Counted from the first letter of the stretch, positions 51,048 through 60,643 are shown. The stretch: 64,000 nucleotides of DNA from an uncultured Lutimaribacter sp. (GCA_913061505.1 CAJXSO010000012.1:1480-65479), one strand, 5' to 3'. Numbers and translations are program-made. Notes: generated by a model not told the origin, from the letters alone.

Positions 51048-51827
51048 ATGAAGCGGGCATTGGTGACAGGGGCCGGCAAGCGGCTGGGGCGCGCGATGGC
51101 GCAGTATCTGGCGCAGCGTGGCTTTGACGTGGCCATCCACTATGCTGCATCCGCAGATGCGGCCAAAGACCTGGCCGCAGATCTGGTGCAGATGGGCCGC
51201 CGGGCCCCCTTGCTGCAGGCCGATCTGCTGGATGAAAGCGCCACACAAGCGCTGTTGCCTGCGGCGGCCGATGCGCTGGGTGGGCCTATCACCTGCCTGG
51301 TCAATAATGCCTCGATCTTTGAATATGACAATATCACCACCGCCACGCGCAGCAGTTGGGACAGGCACTTCGAATCAAACCTGCGCGCGCCTTTTGTTCT
51401 GACCCAAGCCATGGCAGCCGCCATTCCGGCGCCCCTGACCGACGATATGGGTGAACCTGTGGCACAGGGGCTGGTGGTGAATATGATCGATCAGCGCGTG
51501 CGCAAGCTTACCCCCGAATTCATGACCTATACGCTGGCCAAAATGGGGCTGTGGGCCTTTACGCAAACCGCAGCCCAAGCGCTGGCGCCCAAGATCCGTG
51601 TCAACGCCATTGGCCCCGGCCCCACCCTGCAAGGCGGGCGCCAGTCGCTAGATCATTTCACCCGCCAGCGCCAATCTACCGTGCTGCAGCGCGGGGCCAA
51701 TCCCAGCGATATCACCGCCGCCTTGGGCTTTTTCCTCGACAGTCCCAGCGTAACCGGCCAGCTGATTTGTTGCGATGGCGGCCAGCATTTGGGCTGGCAA
51801 ACCCCCGATGTTTTGGGTGTGGAATAG
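51048..51827 (+). CDS. SDR oxidoreductase with the pteridine-reductase/FolM-type cofactor motif
   Basis: VTGAGKRLGRAMA (TGxxxRxG instead of TGxxxGxG), NNAS, and a Y...K catalytic pair (YTLAKMG). Confidence 0.6.
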   Translation: MKRALVTGAGKRLGRAMAQYLAQRGFDVAIHYAASADAAKDLAADLVQMGRRAPLLQADLLDESATQALLPAAADALGGPITCLVNNASIFEYDNITTATRSSWDRHFESNLRAPFVLTQAMAAAIPAPLTDDMGEPVAQGLVVNMIDQRVRKLTPEFMTYTLAKMGLWAFTQTAAQALAPKIRVNAIGPGPTLQGGRQSLDHFTRQRQSTVLQRGANPSDITAALGFFLDSPSVTGQLICCDGGQHLGWQTPDVLGVE

Positions 51828-51945
51828 CCCGCCCTCGCAACCTGTGCTTTCAAAGTTTTGCACCGCTGCCAAACTGGCCCATTAAGTGTTACAAAAACGT
51901 TATAAAAATCAGGCACTTGTTGGCGGCATCATTTTTTTAATAACG

Positions 51946-51981
51946 TTTTCAAATACTTGAAAACATGCCTAAAATTTAGGC
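51946..51981. promoter_or_regulatory. Two perfect inverted repeats in the AT-rich spacer upstream of uvrC
   Basis: TTTTCAA-ATAC-TTGAAAA (51946-51963) and GCCTAAA-A-TTTAGGC (51967-51981), read directly. The function is unknown. Confidence 0.4.
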
Positions 51982-52031
51982 AATCGCAGGAAGTGACCTA
52001 ATCGCAACGAAAAATTCCGCCTGCCCAGATG

Positions 52032-52066
52032 CTACCCACAGACTTATCCACAGGAATCGTGGACAT
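52032..52066. promoter_or_regulatory. Cluster of DnaA-box-like 9-mers
   Basis: TTATCCACA (52044-52052) is an exact match to the classical DnaA box. Flanking it are CTACCCACA (52032-40, 2 mismatches) and, inverted, ATGTCCACG (52058-66). A GANTC site (GAATC, 52054-58) lies between them. Confidence 0.45.
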
Positions 52067-52131
52067 GTTCACACTTGCACAGGGCGGGGTTTCGTTGCAG
52101 CAAGACGGGGAATCGCCAAAGGGGTATTGCC

Positions 52132-53991
52132 GTGCCAAATGATCAGCCCCCTCTGCACGGGCATGCATTGATACAAGACTATCTGAAAACCCTCGATGGA
52201 TCGCCCGGGGTGTATCGGATGCTCGATCAGCAAAGCCGCGTTTTATACGTGGGCAAGGCGCGCAACCTAAAGGCGCGGGTGTCAAACTATGCCCGCCCCA
52301 GTGGCCATTCGGGGCGCATCGCGCGGATGATCTCGGAAACCACGGCGATGATGTTTCTGACCACCCGCACAGAAACCGAAGCGCTGCTGCTGGAACAGAA
52401 CCTGATCAAGCAATTGAAGCCGCGCTATAATGTGCTGCTGCGCGATGACAAATCTTTTCCCAATATTCTGGTCACCGATCACGCCTACCCGATGATCAAA
52501 AAACACCGCGGCGCCAAAAAGGAAAAAGGCACCTATTTTGGCCCCTTTGCCAGCGCCGGCGCGGTCAATCGCACCTTGGCACAGCTGCAGCGGGTGTTTT
52601 TGCTGCGCAACTGCACCGACAGCCAATTCGAGGGCCGCACCCGCCCCTGCCTGCAATATCAGATCAAACGCTGCACAGCCCCCTGCGTGGGCAAGATCAG
52701 CGCCGCCGATTATGGCCGCCAGGTGGCCGATGCCCAGCGCTATTTGTCGGGCAAATCCACCCAGATACAAGAAACCCTGGCCGCCCAAATGCAAGCGGCA
52801 TCAGAGGCCATGGAATTTGAACGCGCCGCCGCCCTGCGCGACCGCATTCGCGCCCTGACACAGGTGCAAACCACCCAAGGCATCAACCCCCACACCGTGA
52901 CCGAGGCCGATATCGTGGCGCTGCATATGGAGGGGGGGCAGGCCTGCGTGCAGGTGTTTTTCATCCGCGCCGGGCAAAACTGGGGCAACCGCGATTTTTA
53001 CCCGCGCGCCGGCGCCGATATCGAGGCGCCCGAGGTGCTCGAGGCGTTTTTGGGCCAGTTCTACGACGACAAGGAACCGCCACGCCAAATCTTGCTGTCG
53101 CACCCGATCGAACATGGCGATCTGATGGAACAGGCGCTGAGCCAAAAGCTGGGCCGCAAAGTGGCGCTGTTGGTGCCGCAGCGGGGGGAAAAGGCCGAAT
53201 TGGTCGATAGCGCCCTGCGCAATGCGCGCGAATCTCTGGCACGCAAAATGGCCGAAAGCGCCACGCAAACCAAGTTGCTGGCAGCCCTTGCGCAGGCCTT
53301 TGCCTTGCCCGCGCCCCCCCAGCGGATCGAGGTGTATGACAACAGCCACATCCAAGGCGCCCATGCGGTGGGGGCCATGATCGTGGCCGGGCCCGAAGGC
53401 TTTATGAAAAACGCCTATCGCAAATTCAACATTCGCGGCGACGAGCTGACACCGGGCGATGATTTCGGCATGATGAAAGAGGTGCTGGGCCGGCGTTTCA
53501 AGCGGTTGTTGAAAGACGATCCAGATCGCAGCCTGGGCCTGTGGCCTGATCTGCTGTTGATCGATGGCGGCGCCGGGCAGGTTTCGGCCGTGGCGCAAAT
53601 CATGGCCGAATATGGCGTGCAAGATATCGCCATGGTGGGCGTGGCCAAGGGCATCGACCGCGATCATGGCAAGGAAGAATTCCACCGCCCGGGCCAGCGC
53701 CCCTTTGCGCTGCGGATGAACGACCCGGTGTTGTATTTCATCCAGCGCCTGCGCGACGAGGCGCACCGCTTTGCCATTGGCACCCATCGCGCCAAACGGG
53801 CCAAGGCCGTGGGCGCCACCCCGCTCGACGAGGTGCCGGGCGTCGGTGCGGGGCGCAAACGCGCGCTTTTGGCGCATTTCGGCTCGGCAAAGGCGGTATC
53901 GCGGGCGGGATTGGCTGATTTGAAAGCGGTCGATGGCATATCAGACGCGCTTGCCGAAACAATCTACGCGTTTTTCCACGAAAAAGGCTAA
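52132..53991 (+). CDS. uvrC: Excinuclease ABC subunit C
   Basis: GIY-YIG ([28 protein letters not shown]), UVR domain ([15 protein letters not shown]), and a C-terminal (HhH)2. Start chosen at GTG 52132 (preceded by AAAGGGG); the track starts at TTG 52075. Confidence 0.9.
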   Translation: MPNDQPPLHGHALIQDYLKTLDGSPGVYRMLDQQSRVLYVGKARNLKARVSNYARPSGHSGRIARMISETTAMMFLTTRTETEALLLEQNLIKQLKPRYNVLLRDDKSFPNILVTDHAYPMIKKHRGAKKEKGTYFGPFASAGAVNRTLAQLQRVFLLRNCTDSQFEGRTRPCLQYQIKRCTAPCVGKISAADYGRQVADAQRYLSGKSTQIQETLAAQMQAASEAMEFERAAALRDRIRALTQVQTTQGINPHTVTEADIVALHMEGGQACVQVFFIRAGQNWGNRDFYPRAGADIEAPEVLEAFLGQFYDDKEPPRQILLSHPIEHGDLMEQALSQKLGRKVALLVPQRGEKAELVDSALRNARESLARKMAESATQTKLLAALAQAFALPAPPQRIEVYDNSHIQGAHAVGAMIVAGPEGFMKNAYRKFNIRGDELTPGDDFGMMKEVLGRRFKRLLKDDPDRSLGLWPDLLLIDGGAGQVSAVAQIMAEYGVQDIAMVGVAKGIDRDHGKEEFHRPGQRPFALRMNDPVLYFIQRLRDEAHRFAIGTHRAKRAKAVGATPLDEVPGVGAGRKRALLAHFGSAKAVSRAGLADLKAVDGISDALAETIYAFFHEKG

Positions 53992-54656
53992 GGCGCCGCG
54001 GCACTGGGCGCGCCCAAATGCACCACAGGCCCGCCCGCCGCTGCGGCATCTTGCGGGTCATGTGTGACCATCACCACAGGCAAATGCGCCTGGCGCGCAC
54101 GGCCAAAGACCACATCGCGCATCTGGCCGCGCAAATCGGCATCAAGGGCCGAAAACGGCTCGTCCAGCAACAGCGCACGGGGGGCGGCCAGCAGCGTGCG
54201 CATCAGCGCCACGCGGGCCTTTTGCCCGCCAGACAGGGTGGCCGGGTCGCGCGGGCCAAACCCCGCCAGCCCGATATCGGCCAATGCCGCCTCGATCGCG
54301 CGGTGGCGCGCAGCACCACGCACCTGCCGCGCCAAGCCAAAGGCCAGGTTTTGCGCCACGCTGAGATGGGGAAAAAGCAACGGATCTTGGAACAACATGC
54401 CGATGCCGCGCGCCTCGGTTGGCAGGGCGCTTACGTCTTTGCCCCCCAACATCACCTGCCCGCGCAGGCGAAATTCTGGGCCCAATGCCCCGACAATAGC
54501 CGCCAGCAGGGTAGATTTACCCGCCCCGGACGGCCCCATGACCGATACAATCTGCCCCGGCTGCACCTGCAACGACTGGCGCAGCAAAACCCGCCCCTGC
54601 AGCGCCACCTCTAGCCCGTTCAGCACCAGCGGCGCCGGTTGTGCGTTTTGTGCCAT
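53988..54656 (-). CDS. ABC transporter ATP-binding protein (YnjD-like, no C-terminal regulatory domain)
   Basis: ATG 54656 ([17 protein letters not shown]...). Walker [21 protein letters not shown], Walker [12 protein letters not shown]. 222 aa. The track ORF 53988..55541 is a false fusion with a shadow frame. Confidence 0.85.
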   Translation of the reverse strand: MAQNAQPAPLVLNGLEVALQGRVLLRQSLQVQPGQIVSVMGPSGAGKSTLLAAIVGALGPEFRLRGQVMLGGKDVSALPTEARGIGMLFQDPLLFPHLSVAQNLAFGLARQVRGAARHRAIEAALADIGLAGFGPRDPATLSGGQKARVALMRTLLAAPRALLLDEPFSALDADLRGQMRDVVFGRARQAHLPVVMVTHDPQDAAAAGGPVVHLGAPSAAAP

Positions 54657-54667
54657 CTCGCCCCTGC

Positions 54668-56359
54668 CTATCCTTGGCGCATGCCGCGCCGGTTGCGCCA
54701 CCACAGCCCCGGCAACAGCACTGCCACAGCAAAAGGGGCCAGCGCCAGCGCGGTCTGCAGCAAGGCCCACACCCCGATGGCGCGCCGGTCGCCGCCCGAG
54801 GCCAGCGCCACAGCCTCGGTGGTCAGGGTGCTGACGCGGCCGCCCCCGATCATCAAACTGGGCAAATATTGCCCCACAGACACCGCCATGCCCACAGCCA
54901 TGGCCGCCAAAACCGGCGCCAATAGCATCGGCAAGCGCAGGCGCCAAAACACCCGCGCCGGGCTGGCCCCCAGGGCCCGCCCCATCGTGCCCAGGCGCGC
55001 ATCCCACGCACGAAATGGTGCGCTGAGCACCAGGAAAACATAAGGAAACACAAACAAGATATGGGCCAGCGTCACCGCCAGCACCCCGCCCTGCACCCCC
55101 GCCAGCAGCATCAGGGTTTGAACGCCCGGCAAAAACGCGATCTGCGGCACCAGCAGCGGCAAATAAAGCAGCCACACCCCCCCCGCCCCTATGGGCATGG
55201 CAAAACGCGCCTCGGCCTCGAGCCAGGTCAGGGCCAAAACCAGCGCCACCACGGTAGCCGCGACCGCAATAGCGCAGCTGCGCCACAGGCTGTCTATGGC
55301 GGCGGGCACGTGCCGTTGCCATTGCCCCCAGCCCATCGTATCGGGCCAGAGGTTGGGAAATGACCACAGCCCAGAAACCGACCATAGCGCCAGCACCATA
55401 AGGCCCAGCACCACACAGCCCAGCACCGCCATGGCGCCCCCCAGCACCAGCGCCGCGCCCACAGGCCCCGGCCCACGCCGGTGGCCAGCCCAGGCCCATC
55501 GCCGGCCAAACATGGCCACACCGCGCTCGGCCAGCAGCCACAAGGCTATGGCCATCCCCACCAGCAACAGCTGCACCACAGCGCCCGCCGCCCCCAGCAT
55601 CCGCAGGCTAAGATCTGGGTCATTCATCCAGCGGGTGATCTGCACCGCCAGCACCGGCGGCGTGCTGGGCCCCAAGATCAGCGCCACATCCACAACCGTC
55701 ATGGAAAAGGCCAACACCACCAGCACCGGCAGGCGGATTTGCCGGTAGACCAGCGGAAAAACCGCCAAAACCCAGGCCATGGGCCGGGCATAGCCCAAAC
55801 TGCGTGCCATCAGCATGGCGCGGCTGGCATCAGATTGGCCCAAAGCGGCCAGAACCATCAGCAGCAGGAAAGGCACTTCTTTCACCACCAGCCCTGCAAT
55901 CAGCGCCCAACCGCCCGGGTCTTGCACAATCAGCAGATCGGGCGGGCGCTGCCACCCCGTGGCCCAGGGCGAGAGCAGCCGCACCACCCACCCCGAGGGG
56001 GCAATCAAAAACACCAGCCCAAAGGCCACAGCCGCATGCGGCACCGCCAAAAGCGGCGCCAAAGCATGGCGAAACAGCCCGAAACTGCGGCTGCCCTGCC
56101 AAATGGCCACCAAGCCCACCACCAACAGCAGCGACAGGGCCGTGGCCACCAGCCCCACCTTGAAACTTAGCCACAGCGCGGGCCAAAACCCGGCCCAAGC
56201 CAACAGATCGGCAAATATCGCAAAGCCCGGCTGGGCCTGGCCAAAGACAGCCATCAGCCCAAAGGCAGGCGCCAATGTGCCCAAAAGCCCGGCAAAGACC
56301 GGCAGCGCCAGCGCCGCCAAAACCACGCCGGGTGCCCGCCGCAAACCCCAGGCCGCCAA
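54668..56359 (-). CDS. ABC importer permease, fused double-permease type (YnjC/ThiP/FbpB-like)
   Basis: About 560 aa with roughly 12 hydrophobic segments and two permease repeats. The start is uncertain (in-frame TTG 56359 or 56344, ATG further in). The track ORF extends antisense into the binding-protein gene. Confidence 0.75.
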   Translation of the reverse strand: MAAWGLRRAPGVVLAALALPVFAGLLGTLAPAFGLMAVFGQAQPGFAIFADLLAWAGFWPALWLSFKVGLVATALSLLLVVGLVAIWQGSRSFGLFRHALAPLLAVPHAAVAFGLVFLIAPSGWVVRLLSPWATGWQRPPDLLIVQDPGGWALIAGLVVKEVPFLLLMVLAALGQSDASRAMLMARSLGYARPMAWVLAVFPLVYRQIRLPVLVVLAFSMTVVDVALILGPSTPPVLAVQITRWMNDPDLSLRMLGAAGAVVQLLLVGMAIALWLLAERGVAMFGRRWAWAGHRRGPGPVGAALVLGGAMAVLGCVVLGLMVLALWSVSGLWSFPNLWPDTMGWGQWQRHVPAAIDSLWRSCAIAVAATVVALVLALTWLEAEARFAMPIGAGGVWLLYLPLLVPQIAFLPGVQTLMLLAGVQGGVLAVTLAHILFVFPYVFLVLSAPFRAWDARLGTMGRALGASPARVFWRLRLPMLLAPVLAAMAVGMAVSVGQYLPSLMIGGGRVSTLTTEAVALASGGDRRAIGVWALLQTALALAPFAVAVLLPGLWWRNRRGMRQG

Positions 56360-56405
56360 GCCCCGTGGCCTGGGGCTGGCTGGGCGGGGGCTGGCTGTGC
56401 TGGGG

Positions 56406-57620
56406 CTATTTTCCGCCGCCAAAGCGCGCGATCCAATCCGTCTCGATCTGCACCATCCAGCTGGGGTGCGGCTCGGGCAGGGCGGCGCCGAGCTGGTCGG
56501 GGGCAAGCGTGGCAATGCCCAGATCGATCTGGTCAAACAGCGCGCGATCCTCGGGCGACAGGCGCGCCATATCCAGCACCGTGCCATAGCCCAGATAGGC
56601 CGGATCCAGCGCCCGCGCTTGGGCCTGTGGAGACAGCAGCAAATTGGCCACCACCATGGCCCCGGCCTTGGCGCTGGCGTTAAAGGGAATGGCCACGAAC
56701 GAGGCATTGCCGATGCTGCCGCCGCTGGGCACGAAGGTGCGCACGCTGGCGGGCAATTGGCCATTTGCGATGGCGGCAGATGCCTCGCCCGGGCTAAAGG
56801 AGATTGCCAGCGCCACCTCGTCATCGGCCAATAGCTGAATTTGCCGCGTGCCGGTTTCGGGATAGGCCCGGCCCTGGCGCCACAAATGCGGGGTCAGCGC
56901 CTCGATATAGGCCCAAAGCGGTGCTGTAACGGCGGCATAATCGGCCTGATCCACCGGCGCCAATAGCACCGAGGGGTCATCCACCACCTCGTAGAGCACC
57001 TGTTTCAAAAAGGTCGTGCCCAGAAAATCGGGCGGTTGCGGATAGGTAAAGCGCCCCGGGTTGGCGCGCGCCCATTCCAGCAGCGCGCGCATATCGGCAA
57101 GCGGCGCCATATCTGCGCTGTCATACATGAACACCACCTGGGCTGTGGCCCATGGGCTTTCCATCCCGTCGGTGGGCACGGTAAAATCGGCCTGCACCGG
57201 CTTGCCCGCAACATCGACCAGCTGCCAGTTTGGCAGATCTTCGGCAAAGGGGCCAAAAAGCAAACCGGCCTCTTTCATCGCGGCAAAATTTGGCCCGTTG
57301 ATCCAGATCAGATCAACCGCGCCACCGCTGGTCAGGCCTGCCTGCTGCTCGGCCAGCACCCGCGCGACTGCATCAGCGGTGTTGGACAGTTTCACATGGG
57401 TCAATGTCACGCCATAGTCTTCGGCCGCGCGCTGGCCGATCCAGGCGATAAATTCGTTGGTGGTGGTCGAGCCACCCCAAGCGTTCCAATAGACCGTCTG
57501 GCCCCGTGCCTCGGCCAGAACAGCGGGCCAATCGGCGGGGTTGGGCTGGGGTGTTTCCGCCTGCAGGGGCGCCACGAAAAGCCCTGCGGCCAAGGCAAGG
57601 CCCGCCAGATGTTTCAACAT
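56406..57620 (-). CDS. ABC importer periplasmic substrate-binding protein (YnjB-like)
   Basis: ATG 57620 preceded by AGGAG. Signal peptide MLKHLAGLALAAGLFVAPLQA, then VYWNAWGGS..., which is typical of this SBP group. Confidence 0.8.
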   Translation of the reverse strand: MLKHLAGLALAAGLFVAPLQAETPQPNPADWPAVLAEARGQTVYWNAWGGSTTTNEFIAWIGQRAAEDYGVTLTHVKLSNTADAVARVLAEQQAGLTSGGAVDLIWINGPNFAAMKEAGLLFGPFAEDLPNWQLVDVAGKPVQADFTVPTDGMESPWATAQVVFMYDSADMAPLADMRALLEWARANPGRFTYPQPPDFLGTTFLKQVLYEVVDDPSVLLAPVDQADYAAVTAPLWAYIEALTPHLWRQGRAYPETGTRQIQLLADDEVALAISFSPGEASAAIANGQLPASVRTFVPSGGSIGNASFVAIPFNASAKAGAMVVANLLLSPQAQARALDPAYLGYGTVLDMARLSPEDRALFDQIDLGIATLAPDQLGAALPEPHPSWMVQIETDWIARFGGGK

Positions 57621-57625
57621 AGCAA

Positions 57626-58291
57626 CTACTCCTTTGTTGCGGGCTGTGCCCCGCCAAATACCCGCTGCGCCAACATAATGCGCGACAGGGCTGTGATCAG
57701 ACATAGCCCGCCAAAGCCCCAAGACAGGGGCGCAAAATAGGCAGGCCACAGGCAAAGAGCCACGAAAAAGGCAATGGTTTCGGCCCCTTCCAGCAAGCCG
57801 CCCGTAAAATACAGCGATTTCACCCCGCGCGCATCGCTGCGCATGGCGCGCTTTTCCGCCAAAATGGCAAAGCCCAAAAACGTGGCGCCATTGATATAGA
57901 AGCTAAACAGCAAAAACGCCCCCGCCAGCCCGTTGCCGCCCGGATCGGCCAGCACAAAGCCCAAGGGCAGCGCGCCGTAAAAGATAAAATCGCAGATGAT
58001 ATCCAGATAGCCGCCGAAATCGGTTTTGCCACGGGCCCGCGCGATGGCGCCATCCAGCCCGTCGGCCAAGCGCCCCAACAAAAGCGGCACCAGCGCCCAA
58101 TGCGGCGCGCCCAAGGCCACCAGCAGCGCAGCCCCCAGCCCCAGCCCCAGGCCCAACAGCGTCACCGCATTGGCCGTGACACCGCGCGCGGCCAAAAACC
58201 GGCCTTGGCGGTTCAAAAAGGGGTCAATCAAAGGGCGCAACTGGGCGTCAAACATGGCGACAGTTTGACCTGTTAGATCAGGAAAAGCCAT
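57626..58291 (-). CDS. CDP-alcohol phosphatidyltransferase family membrane protein (YnjF-like)
   Basis: Full family motif D-x2-DG-x2-AR-x7-G-x3-D-x3-D, read as ADGLDGAIARARGKTDFGGYLDIICD. Multiple TM segments. The start is uncertain (TTG 58297, ATG 58291 or ATG 58255). Confidence 0.85.
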   Translation of the reverse strand: MAFPDLTGQTVAMFDAQLRPLIDPFLNRQGRFLAARGVTANAVTLLGLGLGLGAALLVALGAPHWALVPLLLGRLADGLDGAIARARGKTDFGGYLDIICDFIFYGALPLGFVLADPGGNGLAGAFLLFSFYINGATFLGFAILAEKRAMRSDARGVKSLYFTGGLLEGAETIAFFVALCLWPAYFAPLSWGFGGLCLITALSRIMLAQRVFGGAQPATKE

Positions 58292-58317
58292 TGCCAAAAG
58301 CGTGATGTCGCCCGGCG

Positions 58318-59265
58318 TTAGCGGTTAAAGCTCATGGGAAGGTCAAAGGTAAACAGCCCCACCCCCAGCCCTTTGGGTGCGCGGGGCAGCCGCGCTTGGG
58401 TAACAGCGTTCAGCGCCGCCTGGTCCAACGCCCGGTCGCCAGACGAGCGGCGCACGCTGACGCTGTGCAGCGCCCCCGCCGCATCAAGGCGCAGCCGTAA
58501 TATCACCTTGCCCGCGGCCCGCGTGCCCGCTGGATAGCGCTTTTTGCGCTCGATCTTTGCGCGCACTTGCCCGCCCCATTGGGCCATCAACCTTTGGCTT
58601 GCGGCGCGCCCTGCACCAGTTTGTTGCGCCCGGTCCTGCGATTGCCCGGCTTCGGCGGCAGGGCCCGCGCCCTTGGCAGTTTGCGCCGCACGCGGGGCCG
58701 AGGCGGCCGGTGGCTGTGGTTGTGGCGGGGGCGGTGGCGGTGGTGCATCGGCCCGGGCCTGTGGCTGCGCCAAGGCGGGGCGCATCTGTGGGCGTGTGGG
58801 CGCAGGCAGGGGCACGGGCGTGGGCGCTGCGGGCGCCGTGGCTGTTGTGGCGGTGCTGGGCGCGGGTAATTCCGGGCTGCGGGGCAGCGGCGGGGCGGGT
58901 AAATCGGGTGCGATGGGCGGCTGCGCATCCGCCACCGGGGCCTGCGGCGCGGCCAGGGGTGCGGGCAGGGGTGCGGGCTGTGCGACCGCCTGCGGTGGCG
59001 CCTGCAAGACCGGCAGATCAGGTGCCGGCATGGTATCTGGCAGCGCCGGCGGGGCTGTCACAGGCGCCAGCTGGGTCAGGCTGGGCGGGCGTGTCCAGCT
59101 GTCAACCAACTGCCCCATATTGGCGGGCATGGCCGCCAATGTCAGCGCCTCTTGGCCGCCTTCGCCACCGCTGGGCAGCCCCATGCCGCCGGGCTGTGAC
59201 AAGACCAGCACATGCGCCCCCACCGAAACCCCCACGAACACCGCATATTCCAGCAATATTTTCAT
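58318..59265 (-). CDS. tonB: Energy transducer TonB
   Basis: ATG 59265 (MKILLEYAVFVGVSVGAHVLVL, TM anchor). A long Pro/Ala-rich spacer, then the C-terminal TonB domain (RYPAGTRAAGKVILRLRLDAAGALHSVSV...SGDRALDQAAL). Confidence 0.85.
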   Translation of the reverse strand: MKILLEYAVFVGVSVGAHVLVLSQPGGMGLPSGGEGGQEALTLAAMPANMGQLVDSWTRPPSLTQLAPVTAPPALPDTMPAPDLPVLQAPPQAVAQPAPLPAPLAAPQAPVADAQPPIAPDLPAPPLPRSPELPAPSTATTATAPAAPTPVPLPAPTRPQMRPALAQPQARADAPPPPPPPQPQPPAASAPRAAQTAKGAGPAAEAGQSQDRAQQTGAGRAASQRLMAQWGGQVRAKIERKKRYPAGTRAAGKVILRLRLDAAGALHSVSVRRSSGDRALDQAALNAVTQARLPRAPKGLGVGLFTFDLPMSFNR

Positions 59266-59642
59266 GGCTGCACCACCAATTCCACCTGCGCAAACCCCAA
59301 GCCCGCCAGCCGCGCCATCACCCCCGCCAGCGCCGTGCCTGCCAATGCCTGATCGCAGCGCAGGCTGAGGCCCGTGTCGCGCGGCAGCGCCGCTATGGCC
59401 TGCCACTGATCTGCGCCCGCGGACTGCCCGGCCAGGGCCAGCTGCCCATCGGCGCCCAGAAACAGCACCGCCTGGCCCACAGGCGGGGCATCAGATTGCG
59501 CCACTGGCAGCCGGGTTTCAAACGGATCGGGGGGCGAAATCTGCGCCGAGATCAGGAAAAAGATCAGCAGCAAGAACACCACGTTGATCATCGGAACAAC
59601 GCTTTCGGGTGGGCTGCGGCGCGGGGGGCTGGCAAAGCGCAT
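59262..59642 (-). CDS. exbD: ExbD/TolR-family protein (copy 2 in transcription order)
   Basis: VVPMINVVFLLLIFFLI, the canonical ExbD N-terminus. 126 aa. Confidence 0.85.
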   Translation of the reverse strand: MRFASPPRRSPPESVVPMINVVFLLLIFFLISAQISPPDPFETRLPVAQSDAPPVGQAVLFLGADGQLALAGQSAGADQWQAIAALPRDTGLSLRCDQALAGTALAGVMARLAGLGFAQVELVVQP

Positions 59643-59645
59643 GGG

Positions 59646-60023
59646 CTACTCCACCACAGTCAGGCGGGAAAAACCCGCGCGGCGCAAAACATCTGCCACA
59701 TCCAGCAGCCGCTGCACATCGGCCGTGCCACGCGGGCGCAGCACAATCATATCATCGCGCGATTGGGTCAAAGGGCGCAACGCCTGGGCCAGGGCCGCCA
59801 GCGCCACAGGCTGGCCATTCAACGCCACCCCATCGGGGGCCACATCCACCAGCCGCGGCGGGCCGCTATAGCCCGCAGCCCCCCCCGCCATGGTGATCGG
59901 CACCGCCTGATCAATGCCAAAGCGCGCCGCCAGCATGAAAAAGATCAGCAGCAAAAACACCACATCGATCATGGGTGTCAGGCTGGGGCGCCGGCGTGGG
60001 CGTGATACGGCAAAGCTGAACAT
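59646..60023 (-). CDS. exbD: ExbD/TolR-family protein (copy 1)
   Basis: ATG 60023 (MFSFAVSRPRRRPSLTPMIDVVFLLLIFFML). 125 aa. The track ORF 59646..60590 is over-extended in a shadow frame. Confidence 0.85.
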   Translation of the reverse strand: MFSFAVSRPRRRPSLTPMIDVVFLLLIFFMLAARFGIDQAVPITMAGGAAGYSGPPRLVDVAPDGVALNGQPVALAALAQALRPLTQSRDDMIVLRPRGTADVQRLLDVADVLRRAGFSRLTVVE

Positions 60024-60643
60024 TACCCCCCCACGCCCGCGGCCACAAACAGGCGGGTGGCCATATCTTCCAGATCGGCCTGTACCCGTTCGGCCAGGCC
60101 CTCGAAGGCAGACAGGGCCACCGCTGCGGGAATGGCCACCGCCATGCCTGCGGCTGTGGTCAGCAATGCCTCCCAGATGCCGCCCGCCAATACCGACGGA
60201 TCGGCGCGCGCGCCGCTGTCTTGCAGGGCTTGAAAGGCCTCGATCATCCCCAAGACCGTGCCCAACAGCCCCACCAGCGGCGCGATGGTCACGATCAGCT
60301 CGAGCGGGCGCAACCCGGTGCGCAACAGCGCCAGCTCGCGCAGGGCAAGGCGGGTGACTTCCTCGCGCTTGGCCTGTGTGGGCAGGGGGCCATCGATCAC
60401 CCCCATGGCCGCGCAGACAAACCGCAGCCGCAGGCTGCGCGCCAAAGGCAGCTGCACCGCTTGGCCGGCCACGCGCGATTGCACCAAAATCTCGGCCCGG
60501 CCCCGCGCCCAAACACCCGCCAAGCTGAGGCGCCATAATTTCCACGCAATCAGCGCCAGCGTGAAAACCGACAAGCCAGCAATCACCCACAGCGCCGGCC
60601 CCCCCAGATCAAGAAAGCCCGTGATTTGCCCGCGATCCATCAT
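60023..60643 (-). CDS. exbB: MotA/TolQ/ExbB proton-channel protein
   Basis: Start ATG 60643 (MMDRGQITGFLDLGGPALWVIAGL...). Conserved IAPLVGLLGTVLGMI...GGIWEALLTTAAG. Confidence 0.85.
   Translation of the reverse strand: MMDRGQITGFLDLGGPALWVIAGLSVFTLALIAWKLWRLSLAGVWARGRAEILVQSRVAGQAVQLPLARSLRLRFVCAAMGVIDGPLPTQAKREEVTRLALRELALLRTGLRPLELIVTIAPLVGLLGTVLGMIEAFQALQDSGARADPSVLAGGIWEALLTTAAGMAVAIPAAVALSAFEGLAERVQADLEDMATRLFVAAGVGG

Noticed and set aside
51828-52131. Interpreting the AT-rich DnaA-box region upstream of uvrC as the chromosomal origin (oriC)
   Set aside because: There is only one exact DnaA box. I found no full CtrA TTAA-N7-TTAA sites and no typical origin neighbours (hemE, dnaA, parAB, gidAB). 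GC skew cannot be computed here. It is kept only as a regulatory-site finding.
52801-53877. 358-aa ORF antisense to uvrC
   Set aside because: Shadow frame. UvrC motifs are present on the plus strand.
54018-56834. Plus-strand ORFs (for example 54064..54834, 55191..55748, 55481..56170, 55815..56834) and the 517-aa or 718-aa extended minus ORFs over the ABC transporter genes
   Set aside because: These are shadow or over-extended frames. The minus-strand ATPase, permease and SBP have proper starts, one with an AGGAG Shine-Dalgarno, and transporter motifs.
58544-60005. Plus-strand ORFs of 274 and 482 aa over tonB/exbD, and the apparent Pro/Ala/Gly repeat DNA at about 58700-59100
   Set aside because: The repeat-like DNA encodes the normal Pro-rich spacer of TonB on the minus strand. 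The plus-strand ORFs are its Gly/Ala/Arg-rich complement.
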